A stretch of DNA of 64,000 bases from an uncultured Candidatus Saccharibacteria bacterium (GCA_964479955.1 CAYZNK010000001.1:77073-141072), one strand, 5' to 3'; counted from the first letter of the stretch, positions 48,286 to 55,089 are shown. Program-made: numbers and translations. Notes: generated by a model from the letters alone, not told the origin.

Positions 48286-48817
48286 AACAGCAGAGTTTAT
48301 TATTAAGGGAGGTGTTGTTGTCTGTCCCACAGACACTGTTTACGGATTTTTGGCTGATGCTTCAAGTAAAAAAGCTGTTGAAAAAATATATAAAATAAAA
48401 AAAAGGCCCCGACAAAAACCATTAGCTATTTTTGTGAAAGACTTAAAGGCAGCAAAAAAGCTTGCTGAGATTAATGAAAAACAGGAAAAAATATTAAAGA
48501 AAAAGTGGCCGGGGAGATTTACTTTTATATTAAAAAGAAAGCCATCTAAACTATACGGCCTTAACAAGGATACAATTGCTTTGAGAATTCCAAAATACAA
48601 ATTTTTGAATGATTTGTTAAAAAAAATTAACAGACCATTAGCTCAGACTTCTGTAAACATTTCAGGGCAACCACCACTTACAAAAATTAGTGATATTGTA
48701 AAAGTTATTGGGAGGTCGGACCTCCCAATGATTATAATTGATGCTGGAGAGTTAAAAAAAGCTAAAGTTTCAGTTATAATTGATATAACTCAAGATATCT
48801 TGACGAGGATGAGATAA
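48248..48817 (+). CDS. tsaC: L-threonylcarbamoyladenylate synthase (TsaC/YrdC family)
   Basis: GGVVVCPTDTVYGFLADA, RPRQKPLAIFV, AQTSVNISG. Confidence 0.88.
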   Translation: MDFLKNSKGALNKTAEFIIKGGVVVCPTDTVYGFLADASSKKAVEKIYKIKKRPRQKPLAIFVKDLKAAKKLAEINEKQEKILKKKWPGRFTFILKRKPSKLYGLNKDTIALRIPKYKFLNDLLKKINRPLAQTSVNISGQPPLTKISDIVKVIGRSDLPMIIIDAGELKKAKVSVIIDITQDILTRMR

Positions 48818-48828
48818 AATGCTATAAT
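48800..48828 (+). promoter_or_regulatory. Consensus sigma70 promoter for the DGR target gene (TTGACG - 17 nt - TATAAT), embedded in the 3' end of tsaC
   Basis: ttgacgaggatgagataaaatgctataat. Followed by an 8-bp leader hairpin gggtaaaa/ttttaccc (48838-48860) and a weak SD aaaggga. Confidence 0.65.
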
Positions 48829-48890
48829 AAATATATAGGGTAAAATATTGGGTTTTACCCAAAAACAGTTTTTTACAAAGGGACAACGCA

Positions 48891-49511
48891 ATGACTAATT
48901 CAGTCACGACCCAGTCCACCATCACCAATGGTCAGATCGGACAGATCAATGACCGTCTCGCTACCAAGTTGCGCGAGTCAGGCTTGCCCGCGGAGGTGGT
49001 GCAAATCGTCCTGTCCACTCCTGGTGGTAAGGTTATCGACGAGATGGTTATTGCACTCCGTCGCCGAGTGGAGGCCATCAGTAAGATGGTCGTCCGCCGC
49101 GTGAAGGTGAACCGCACTCGCACGCCGCAAGGGGCTATCCATGCCACCGGGCGTACCGAGTACCTTAACGACGAGGTGGTGAACAGCATGCCTCATAGCA
49201 CGCAAGAGGAAGTGGAGGTTTGCTTCTTCCCGCTCGAGAAGTTCACCGGCGTCGCCGATGTGCAGAAGATGCTCGAAGATCATGGCCTTGAGCCCGACCC
49301 CTACGCCTTGGCGGCTGTCAACGAAGAGGATCCATCTTTCGCCGACATTTATCCCAACAATACCCAGTGGGCGGACAGCAACGGCAATCGCTGCTTTCTC
49401 GCCTTCGGCAGGTTCGGCGGCGGGCGCAAGGTGTACTGCTACCGTAGTGAGGACGGCTGGCGTGGCAGCTGGTGGATCGGCGGCGTCCGCAAGCAATCTT
49501 CGGGCGCTTGA
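48891..49511 (+). CDS. DGR target (variable) protein, 206 aa, GC-rich, no signal peptide or TM; C-terminal variable region
   Basis: The last ~35 codons are the VR copy of the downstream template repeat. ATG start, strong terminator 48 nt after the stop. No named domain recognised in the N-terminal 165 aa. Confidence 0.85.
   Translation: MTNSVTTQSTITNGQIGQINDRLATKLRESGLPAEVVQIVLSTPGGKVIDEMVIALRRRVEAISKMVVRRVKVNRTRTPQGAIHATGRTEYLNDEVVNSMPHSTQEEVEVCFFPLEKFTGVADVQKMLEDHGLEPDPYALAAVNEEDPSFADIYPNNTQWADSNGNRCFLAFGRFGGGRKVYCYRSEDGWRGSWWIGGVRKQSSGA
49390..49494 (+). repeat. DGR variable repeat (VR), 105 bp, with invariant GC-rich 3' end (IMH-like ctggtggatcggcggcgtccgcaa)
   Basis: Aligns without gaps to 49851-49955 (offset 461). 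19 mismatches by hand count, all where the TR copy has A. Confidence 0.9.
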
Positions 49512-49558
49512 CACCCTGGACTCTCGGTTCTTTCGTTTCGTTTTGGTCCCTTGGACAA

Positions 49559-49597
49559 AGCCCCGTTTCGCGTAAGCGAAGCGGGGCTGATTTTTTT
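49559..49597 (+). terminator. Strong intrinsic terminator / VR-flanking hairpin (13-bp stem, GTAA tetraloop, T7)
   Basis: agccccgtttcgc-gtaa-gcgaagcggggct followed by gattttttt. Confidence 0.8.
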
Positions 49598-49850
49598 ACT
49601 AAAGAATGTTATTATATATTCAGATAATAGGCTAATATGTCCGCGGCTAAGGCTTCGGGCGGCCGAATTCCGAAATCAGATAAAGCGCGGAGTTCTGAAG
49701 GCTAAGGCTGACAGAAGAGTCGCTCCTGATTTCTAAAAAATGAAGATTGCTTGGTGCAAAGCGCTATCGCATTAAAGATGCGGAATTAGATACAGCCTTG
49801 ATATCGCGAAAGCTTCGATGGGCAGTGGTAAGGGGGGCGCTTTGCATGAT

Positions 49851-49955
49851 GCTGCTATCTCACCTTCAACAGGTTCAACGACAAGCGCAAGGTGAACTGC
49901 AACCGTAATGAGAACGACTGGAATGACAACTGGTGGATCGGCGGCGTCCGCAAAC
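49851..49955 (+). repeat. DGR template repeat (TR), 105 bp, rich in AAC/AAT codons in the target reading frame
   Basis: In the target frame it reads CYLTFNRFNDKRKVNCNRNENDWNDNWWIGGVRK. It carries an adenine at all 19 positions that differ from VR. Confidence 0.9.
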
Positions 49956-49965
49956 CATTTCATTT

Positions 49966-49984
49966 CCCGCCTAAGGCGGGTTTT
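49966..49984. terminator. Hairpin cccgcc-taa-ggcggg plus TTTT, immediately 3' of TR and abutting the avd stop codon
   Basis: 6-bp GC stem at 49966-49980 and a T-run at 49981-49984 on the plus strand. The avd stop (TAA) is the complement of 49983-49985. Confidence 0.6.
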
Positions 49985-50312
49985 ACTTTACTGCTTTAAT
50001 CCAACCCCCAAGCATCCTTCCGATTTCATTTGTTTTCTCAGAGATTAGAATATATCTCTTGTTATCAAGGCTTTTAATCTCCCATGCGATTTGTAAAAAG
50101 AATTTTAATAAATCAAGTTTGGCAGAAGCGTTTTTAAGGCAAACCATCTTCTCTAATCTGTCTGAATTACCCGCTCTAATTGTTAGCTCAATAGTTTCTA
50201 AAAATAATGAATCAATTTTAGTTCCCATCGTATATTTTGAATCCTTAGGGAAGCTTTTCAGAAATCCATACCACGTTTTATAAATTATGACCAGCTTCTG
50301 TATGAGTGTCAA
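49983..50312 (-). CDS. avd: Avd-like DGR accessory protein (four-helix-bundle, 23S rRNA IVS protein family)
   Basis: 109 aa. The pattern ...YGFLKSFPKDSKYTMGTKIDSLFLETIELTIRA...LDLLKFFLQIAWEIKSL...EIGRMLGGWIK matches Avd/PF05635-type proteins. TTG start. Opposite strand to TR and RT. Confidence 0.75.
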   Translation of the reverse strand: MTLIQKLVIIYKTWYGFLKSFPKDSKYTMGTKIDSLFLETIELTIRAGNSDRLEKMVCLKNASAKLDLLKFFLQIAWEIKSLDNKRYILISEKTNEIGRMLGGWIKAVK

Positions 50313-50323
50313 ATTAAAACTGG

Positions 50324-50341
50324 TTTTTTTTTGGGGGGGGG
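50324..50341. repeat. T9G9 homopolymer tract in the divergent avd / RT intergenic region
   Basis: ggtttttttttgggggggggtatt. Lies 11 nt upstream of the avd start (as C9A9 on that strand) and 24 nt upstream of the RT ATG. Confidence 0.9.
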
Positions 50342-50365
50342 TATTAAAGGCCTAAGGCTATTGTC

Positions 50366-51340
50366 ATGAAAAATATTTTTATTCATAAATTTGAAAACAT
50401 CATAAGCGTTGATAATATTCTGGAAGCCTGGCAGGAATTCCTCAAAGGCAAGAAAAACAAGCCTGACGTTCAAGAATTTTCTCTTCGCTTAATGGATAAT
50501 ATTTTTAATTTGCACTACGAATTATTAAATCATATATATAAACACGGAAAATATCAAAAGTTTAAGATAAACGATCCAAAGCCAAGGATAATTCACAAAG
50601 CAAGCGTAAGGGACAGGCTATTGCATCATGCCATATATCGCAAACTGTATCCGTTTTTTGATAAAAAGTTTATATCGGATTCCTATTCCTGCCGGAACAA
50701 TAAAGGAACTCACAAAGCATTAAGCCAATTCAAAAAATATTGTTATGGCGTTTCTAAAAACAACACGAATCAATGCTGGATTTTAAAATGCGACATCAAA
50801 AAATTCTTTGCAAGTATTGACCAGAATATATTGATAAAGATTCTGGATTCCCGCTTTCGCGGGAACGACACTATGTGGTTGCTAAAAGAAATTATTCTCA
50901 GTTTTAAACCAAACGGATTACCCTTGGGAAACCTCACAAGTCAACTCTTTGCAAATGTTTATTTAAACGAATTTGACCAGTTCACAAAACACAAGCTAAA
51001 AGTAAAATACTATGTCAGATACGCAGATGACTTTGTGTTTTTATCTCGAGACAAAAAATATTTGGAAAATTTGATTCTCAAAATACAAAACTTTTTACAA
51101 AACAAATTAAAATTAATACTTCACCCCGACAAAATATTTATTAAAACAATTTACTCTGGAATAGATTTTCTTGGGTGGGTTAACTTCAAAGACCACAGGG
51201 TTTTAAGAACTAAAACAAAACAGAGGATGTTAAACAGGATAAAAAGCGCTCCAAACGCAGAAACTATAAATTCTTATCTGGGGCTTTTAAAACACGGGAA
51301 TAGTGGTAGAATAAAAGAGAATATTTTAAATAAAATTTAA
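50366..51340 (+). CDS. DGR-type reverse transcriptase
   Basis: RT motifs PRIIHKASVRDRLLHH (1), SYSCRNNKGTHKA (2), LKCDIKKFFASID (3), GLPLGNLTSQLFANVYLNEFD (4, the DGR-diagnostic [ILV]GxxxSQ), RYADDFVF (5), HPDK (6), and GIDFLGW (7). At 324 aa there is no maturase or endonuclease domain. Confidence 0.9.
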   Translation: MKNIFIHKFENIISVDNILEAWQEFLKGKKNKPDVQEFSLRLMDNIFNLHYELLNHIYKHGKYQKFKINDPKPRIIHKASVRDRLLHHAIYRKLYPFFDKKFISDSYSCRNNKGTHKALSQFKKYCYGVSKNNTNQCWILKCDIKKFFASIDQNILIKILDSRFRGNDTMWLLKEIILSFKPNGLPLGNLTSQLFANVYLNEFDQFTKHKLKVKYYVRYADDFVFLSRDKKYLENLILKIQNFLQNKLKLILHPDKIFIKTIYSGIDFLGWVNFKDHRVLRTKTKQRMLNRIKSAPNAETINSYLGLLKHGNSGRIKENILNKI

Positions 51341-51350
51341 GATAAAAACT

Positions 51351-52673
51351 ATGGCAAAATTACAGCAACAAGACCCCAAAATATATGAATTAATAGAGGA
51401 AGAGAAAAAAAGACAAAAGGAGGGCTTGGAGTTGATACCCTCTGAAAGCTATGCCTCATCTGCAGTGTTGGAAGCTTCAGGAAGCGTTTTAAACAATAAA
51501 TATGCTGAGAATTATCCAGGCAAGAGGTATTATGGAGGATGCAGGGTTGTTGATGAGGTTGAAACTTTGTGTCAGGAAAGAGCGATAAAGACTTACGGAG
51601 CAGACGGTTATCATGTTAATGTCCAACCATATTCCGGAAGCCCGGCTAACCTCGAGGTCTATTTTGGAGTTCTTGAATTTGGAGACACTATAATGTCTTT
51701 GAGGCTGGATAACGGTGGGCATCTAACCCATGGAAGTCCGTCTAATCTTTCAGGAAAGGCTTATAAATTTGTTCATTATGGATTAAAGGCAGATGAAACC
51801 ATAGATTATAACGAAATGCTAAAACTTGCCAAAGAATGCAAGCCAAAAATAATTTTATCTGGATTTACCGCTTACCCAAGAATAATTGATTTTAAAAAAG
51901 TAGATGAAATTGCAAAAGAAGTGGGAGCTTTATCAATGGCTGACATATCTCATATCTCGGGGTTAGTTATAGCGGGTGTTCATCCGTCTCCGTTTCCTTT
52001 TACAGATATTGTCACTTCAACAACCCATAAGACATTGCGGGGCCCCAGGGGAGCTATGATATTTTGCAAGCAAGAGTTAAAGGATAAAATTGATAAAGGA
52101 GTTTTTCCTGGAATGCAAGGAGGACCTCATGAGCATACAATAGCCGGGATAGCGGTGGCTTTGGAAGAGGCAACAAAACCGGAATTTAAAGAATATGCTG
52201 AACAGACAGTGAAAAATTCAAAAGCTTTAGCAAAGTCGCTAATGGATGAGGGTTTAAAATTAATGTCGGGTGGAACAGACAACCATTTAATGGTTATAAA
52301 TTTAGTTGATTTTGGAAAAGGAAAGGGTTTTTTTGCAGAAAAAGCTTTGGAGGCCTGCGATATTAGTGTAAACAAGTCAACTGTTCCAAATGAGCCTTCT
52401 GTCCCATATTATCCTTCGGGGATAAGACTGGGGACTCCGGCAGTCACATCTCGCGGAATGAAAGAGAAAGAAATGGAACAGGCAGGAAAGATTGTTGCAA
52501 AAGTTATTAAAAAATTTGCGACGCTGGACATGCCTGAATCTAAAGACGAAAGAAATGTTGTAGCAAAAGAATTTAAAGAAAAAATAAAAGAAGACCCGTT
52601 TATCTTAGAAATTAAAAAAGAGGTTAACGCCCTGGCGAACAACTTCCCTGTGCCGGGAATAGATGACAAATAA
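51351..52673 (+). CDS. glyA: Serine hydroxymethyltransferase
   Basis: LELIPSESYAS, the PLP site TSTTHKTLRGPRG, and VTSRGM. Confidence 0.95.
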   Translation: MAKLQQQDPKIYELIEEEKKRQKEGLELIPSESYASSAVLEASGSVLNNKYAENYPGKRYYGGCRVVDEVETLCQERAIKTYGADGYHVNVQPYSGSPANLEVYFGVLEFGDTIMSLRLDNGGHLTHGSPSNLSGKAYKFVHYGLKADETIDYNEMLKLAKECKPKIILSGFTAYPRIIDFKKVDEIAKEVGALSMADISHISGLVIAGVHPSPFPFTDIVTSTTHKTLRGPRGAMIFCKQELKDKIDKGVFPGMQGGPHEHTIAGIAVALEEATKPEFKEYAEQTVKNSKALAKSLMDEGLKLMSGGTDNHLMVINLVDFGKGKGFFAEKALEACDISVNKSTVPNEPSVPYYPSGIRLGTPAVTSRGMKEKEMEQAGKIVAKVIKKFATLDMPESKDERNVVAKEFKEKIKEDPFILEIKKEVNALANNFPVPGIDDK

Positions 52674-53166
52674 CATGAACGTTGATTTATATTTTTTTAA
52701 TCTAATAAACGGATTTGCAAAAAAATATCTATGGTTGGATTATCTTGAAATATTTTTTGCAGAATACTTAGGATATATTTTGATTGCATTTTTGTTTTTT
52801 CATTCTATTGGAGAAAATATCGGGATATTTTTAATTCCAATTTTAGCTGGATTATTCTCAAGATTTGCGCTAAATGAGCTAGTTTACCTCTTTTATAAAA
52901 GGAAGCGTCCGCCGGATACTACTAATGTAAACTTGTTGATTAAAAAGCCGGAATACCCATCATTTCCATCCGGCCATACATCTTTTCTTTTTGCAATGTC
53001 TTTTTCTTTGGTTTTTTTTGATATAACACTGGGTGCAGTATTTATTGTTTTAAGTTTTTTTGTTTCTTTCGGCAGGATTTTTGTAGGAGTCCATTGGCCA
53101 TCAGACATTTTATCCGGGATTATCGCGGGATTATTTTCAGCATTTTTTATAGATAAAATAATATGA
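52663..53166 (+). CDS. PAP2 family phosphatase (BcrC/PgpB-like undecaprenyl-diphosphate phosphatase candidate)
   Basis: PAP2 motifs KRKRPP, PSGHT, GRIFVGVHWPSD. An alternative ATG lies at 52675. Confidence 0.8.
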   Translation: MTNNMNVDLYFFNLINGFAKKYLWLDYLEIFFAEYLGYILIAFLFFHSIGENIGIFLIPILAGLFSRFALNELVYLFYKRKRPPDTTNVNLLIKKPEYPSFPSGHTSFLFAMSFSLVFFDITLGAVFIVLSFFVSFGRIFVGVHWPSDILSGIIAGLFSAFFIDKII

Positions 53167-53933
53167 CAATAGTTGAATCCATATTTTTGGCAATAGTACA
53201 GGGCCTGACAGAATTTTTACCGGTTTCAAGCTCCGGACACTTAGTTTTGTTTCAAAAAATATTTGGCATGCAGAAAGCCCCGGTTTTTTTTGATACAATG
53301 GTTCATGGAGCAACTTTAGCCGCTGTTATTTTTTATCTTAAAAAAGATATATTAGATATTATATTTAGTCCTAAAAAAAATTTCAGACTAGTGGTAAATA
53401 TAATTATTGGAACCTTGCCCGCTGTTTTTTTTGGGCTATTTTTTAAAGATTTTATTGAAAAAACATTCAACTCTCTGCTGCTTTTATCTTTTTGTTTTTT
53501 TATAACAGCCCTGCTTTTATTTTTAACAAAATTTTTTGGCGAAGAGGGTAAAGATGTTCAGCAAATAAATGTAAAAGATTCTTTTATTATAGGAATTTTT
53601 CAGGCTTCCTCAATATTGCCTTCAATATCAAGGTCTGGAGCAACGATTGCCTCAGGAATATTCCGGGGATTAGATAGAAAGTCTGCTATGAAGTTTTCTT
53701 TTCTTTTATCAATCCCGGCAATAGCGGGAGCTATGGCTTTGCAGATTTTTAATATAAGCAATGTTTCCCTAAATGAGATTTATTCTTCTTTATGGGGATT
53801 TTTTCCCGCCTTGATATTCGGCTTTGTATCCTTGAAATTTTTGGATAAATACATGGCAAATAAAAAGTTTTCTGTTTTTTCTTATTATTGCCTTCTTCTG
53901 GCGATAGTCTCTTTGGTGTTAAACTATATTTAA
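53163..53933 (+). CDS. uppP: Undecaprenyl-diphosphate phosphatase UppP (BacA)
   Basis: IVQGLTEFLPVSSSGHL and SRSGATI motifs; 8 TM helices. Followed by the aaccgg-tttaag-ccggtt terminator. Confidence 0.92.
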   Translation: MTIVESIFLAIVQGLTEFLPVSSSGHLVLFQKIFGMQKAPVFFDTMVHGATLAAVIFYLKKDILDIIFSPKKNFRLVVNIIIGTLPAVFFGLFFKDFIEKTFNSLLLLSFCFFITALLLFLTKFFGEEGKDVQQINVKDSFIIGIFQASSILPSISRSGATIASGIFRGLDRKSAMKFSFLLSIPAIAGAMALQIFNISNVSLNEIYSSLWGFFPALIFGFVSLKFLDKYMANKKFSVFSYYCLLLAIVSLVLNYI

Positions 53934-53977
53934 TGTAATCAAAGAAACCGGTTTAAGCCGGTTTTTTTGATTATAAT

Positions 53978-54640
53978 TTATCTTTTTTTTGCCTTAATCA
54001 ATAAGTATTCCGGTATTTTCATGTTTTTAAAAATCCTGCAGGTTCCCTGGTTTTCTTCTGCATACAAAAGGTCAAAATGATTTAAAAAATAATTAGACAG
54101 ATAATCTATTAGTGTGTGCGAGGGTTGTGAAATTTTTATTTTTCCGAATATTTTGACGACTATTTCTTTTTTCTTAAAATAATCTTTATTTTTTTTCAGG
54201 AAAAAAACGCTCATAGGGTGATGGACAGACATAATCAAAATGCCGTCTTTTTTTAAGCACCTGAAAAATTCTTTAAAAGCAAAATTGGGGTTGTCTAAAT
54301 AATGCACCGCGTATTTGCTGACCACCAAATCAAAAAAATCATTCTTAAAGGGAAGCTTTTTTATATTTGAAACAAATAAGTTTTTAGCCAAATGAGGATA
54401 CTTTTCTTTAGCTATTTTAATAATATGTTCGGAAATATCAGCCCCAAAAACATATGCTCCTTTTTTAAGCATAGCATCTGTGTCATATCCAAATCCGCAG
54501 CCGGCATCTAAAACAGTTTTATTTTTAAGGGAGCCGGCTATTTTAAAAATTTGTTTTTGCCTTACAGCGCCCTTTTTTTCCCAATTTTTCATTGATTCCC
54601 TATAAAAGTCATAGGAAATTTTTTTGTTATAACGGCGCAT
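53978..54640 (-). CDS. Class I SAM-dependent methyltransferase
   Basis: Motif I VLDAGCGFGYDT and motif II FDLVVSKYAVHY. Start moved to the ATG at 54640 because the track's upstream extension reads through the tRNA-Leu gene. Confidence 0.85.
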   Translation of the reverse strand: MRRYNKKISYDFYRESMKNWEKKGAVRQKQIFKIAGSLKNKTVLDAGCGFGYDTDAMLKKGAYVFGADISEHIIKIAKEKYPHLAKNLFVSNIKKLPFKNDFFDLVVSKYAVHYLDNPNFAFKEFFRCLKKDGILIMSVHHPMSVFFLKKNKDYFKKKEIVVKIFGKIKISQPSHTLIDYLSNYFLNHFDLLYAEENQGTCRIFKNMKIPEYLLIKAKKR

Positions 54641-54660
54641 AGAAAGAGAAATAAATGCAG

Positions 54661-54744
54661 TGCCCGAGGTGGGAGTTGAACCCACAATTCCGTAAGGAAA
54701 TGCGATTTTGAGTCGCACGCGTATGCCAATTCCGCCACTCGGGC
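54661..54744 (-). tRNA. tRNA-Leu (anticodon CAA), type II with long variable arm
   Basis: Hand fold: acceptor GCCCGAG/CTCGGGC, discriminator A, anticodon stem TGCGA/TCGCA with loop CT-CAA-AA, long extra arm, T-arm GTGGG-TTCAACT-CCCAC. CCA is not encoded. Confidence 0.88.
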
Positions 54745-54749
54745 AAAAA

Positions 54750-55001
54750 TTAAATACTTTTTATATATTCTTTTCCAAATCCAGATTTTAAAAATTTTTC
54801 TCTTTTTCTAGCTTCAATACGATTTGGAAGCATTTCGATTAAAATTGTTTTAAATGGTTTATAAGGTTTTGTTGTTTTGCTATATCCTTTATTATGTTCT
54901 CCAATCCTTCTTTTTATATTATCAGTTATACCGACATAAATATAATTTTTAAATTCGCTTTTGATTGCGTAAACGTAATACATGATATTCTGAATTTTCA
55001 T
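54750..55001 (-). CDS. GIY-YIG domain nuclease (small URI-type, COG2827-like)
   Basis: YYVYAIKSEFKNYIYVGITDNIKRRIGEHNKG...ARKREKFLKS carries the GIY, YVG, R, E and N elements. The stop is 5 nt before tRNA-Leu +1. Start ATG at 55001 or 54983; the track's TTG at 55013 lies in the tRNA fragment. Confidence 0.8.
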   Translation of the reverse strand: MKIQNIMYYVYAIKSEFKNYIYVGITDNIKRRIGEHNKGYSKTTKPYKPFKTILIEMLPNRIEARKREKFLKSGFGKEYIKSI

Positions 55002-55004
55002 ATT

Positions 55005-55048
55005 GTATGCCAATTCCCTGCCTGCCGGCAGGCAGGCGCCACTCGGGC
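55005..55048 (-). pseudogene. Displaced tRNA-Leu 5' fragment (nt 1-24) interrupted after nt 12 by a perfect 20-nt palindrome cctgcctgccggcaggcagg
   Basis: Exact match to the intact tRNA on both sides of the palindrome (55017-55036). No anticodon or T arm follows. Confidence 0.8.
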
Positions 55049-55061
55049 ATTTTATAGAAAA

Positions 55062-55089
55062 ATTATAGCATAATCTGCAATATTTTCAA
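55062..55089 (-). promoter_or_regulatory. Sigma70-like promoter (TTGAAA - 16 nt - TGCTATAAT) reading into the tRNA fragment, GIY-YIG ORF and tRNA-Leu
   Basis: Minus strand: ttgaaaatattgcagattatgctataat. The tRNA fragment +1 lies 13 nt downstream of the -10. Confidence 0.55.

Larger units (their letters stand above)
54745..55049 (-). mobile_element. Putative GIY-YIG insertion cassette in the 5' side of tRNA-Leu, bounded by a duplicated 24-nt tRNA 5' segment
   Basis: tRNA nt 1-24 (GCCCGAGTGGCG+GAATTGGCATAC) occur at 54744-54721 and again at 55048-55037 plus 55016-55005. The GIY-YIG ORF fills the interval between the two copies. Confidence 0.45.

Noticed and set aside
48932-49575. Several long ORFs on both strands inside the DGR target region (48978-49514 minus, 178 aa; 48932-49189 minus; 49258-49575 plus, 105 aa)
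   Set aside because: GC-rich DNA is poor in stop codons, so long shadow ORFs are expected. These ORFs are Ala/Arg/Gly/Pro-rich and lack start-site context. The 48891-49511 plus frame is the one with a promoter, SD and terminator, and it is the frame in which the TR reads as AAC/AAT codons.
49551-49736. 61-aa plus-strand ORF in the spacer between the target terminator and TR
   Set aside because: It starts inside the terminator hairpin, has no SD and reads as low-quality sequence. The region is better explained as structured non-coding RNA.
49772-49963. 63-aa minus-strand ORF covering the template repeat
   Set aside because: It is the antisense of TR and mirrors the antisense of the target C-terminus (ADAADPP...). 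It has no independent signals. TR is expected to be non-coding.
54641-54718. N-terminal extension of the methyltransferase ORF (MRLKIAFPYGIVGSTPTSGTAFISLS...)
   Set aside because: This extension is the translation of the tRNA-Leu gene on the same strand. An ATG at 54640 gives a normal methyltransferase N-terminus.
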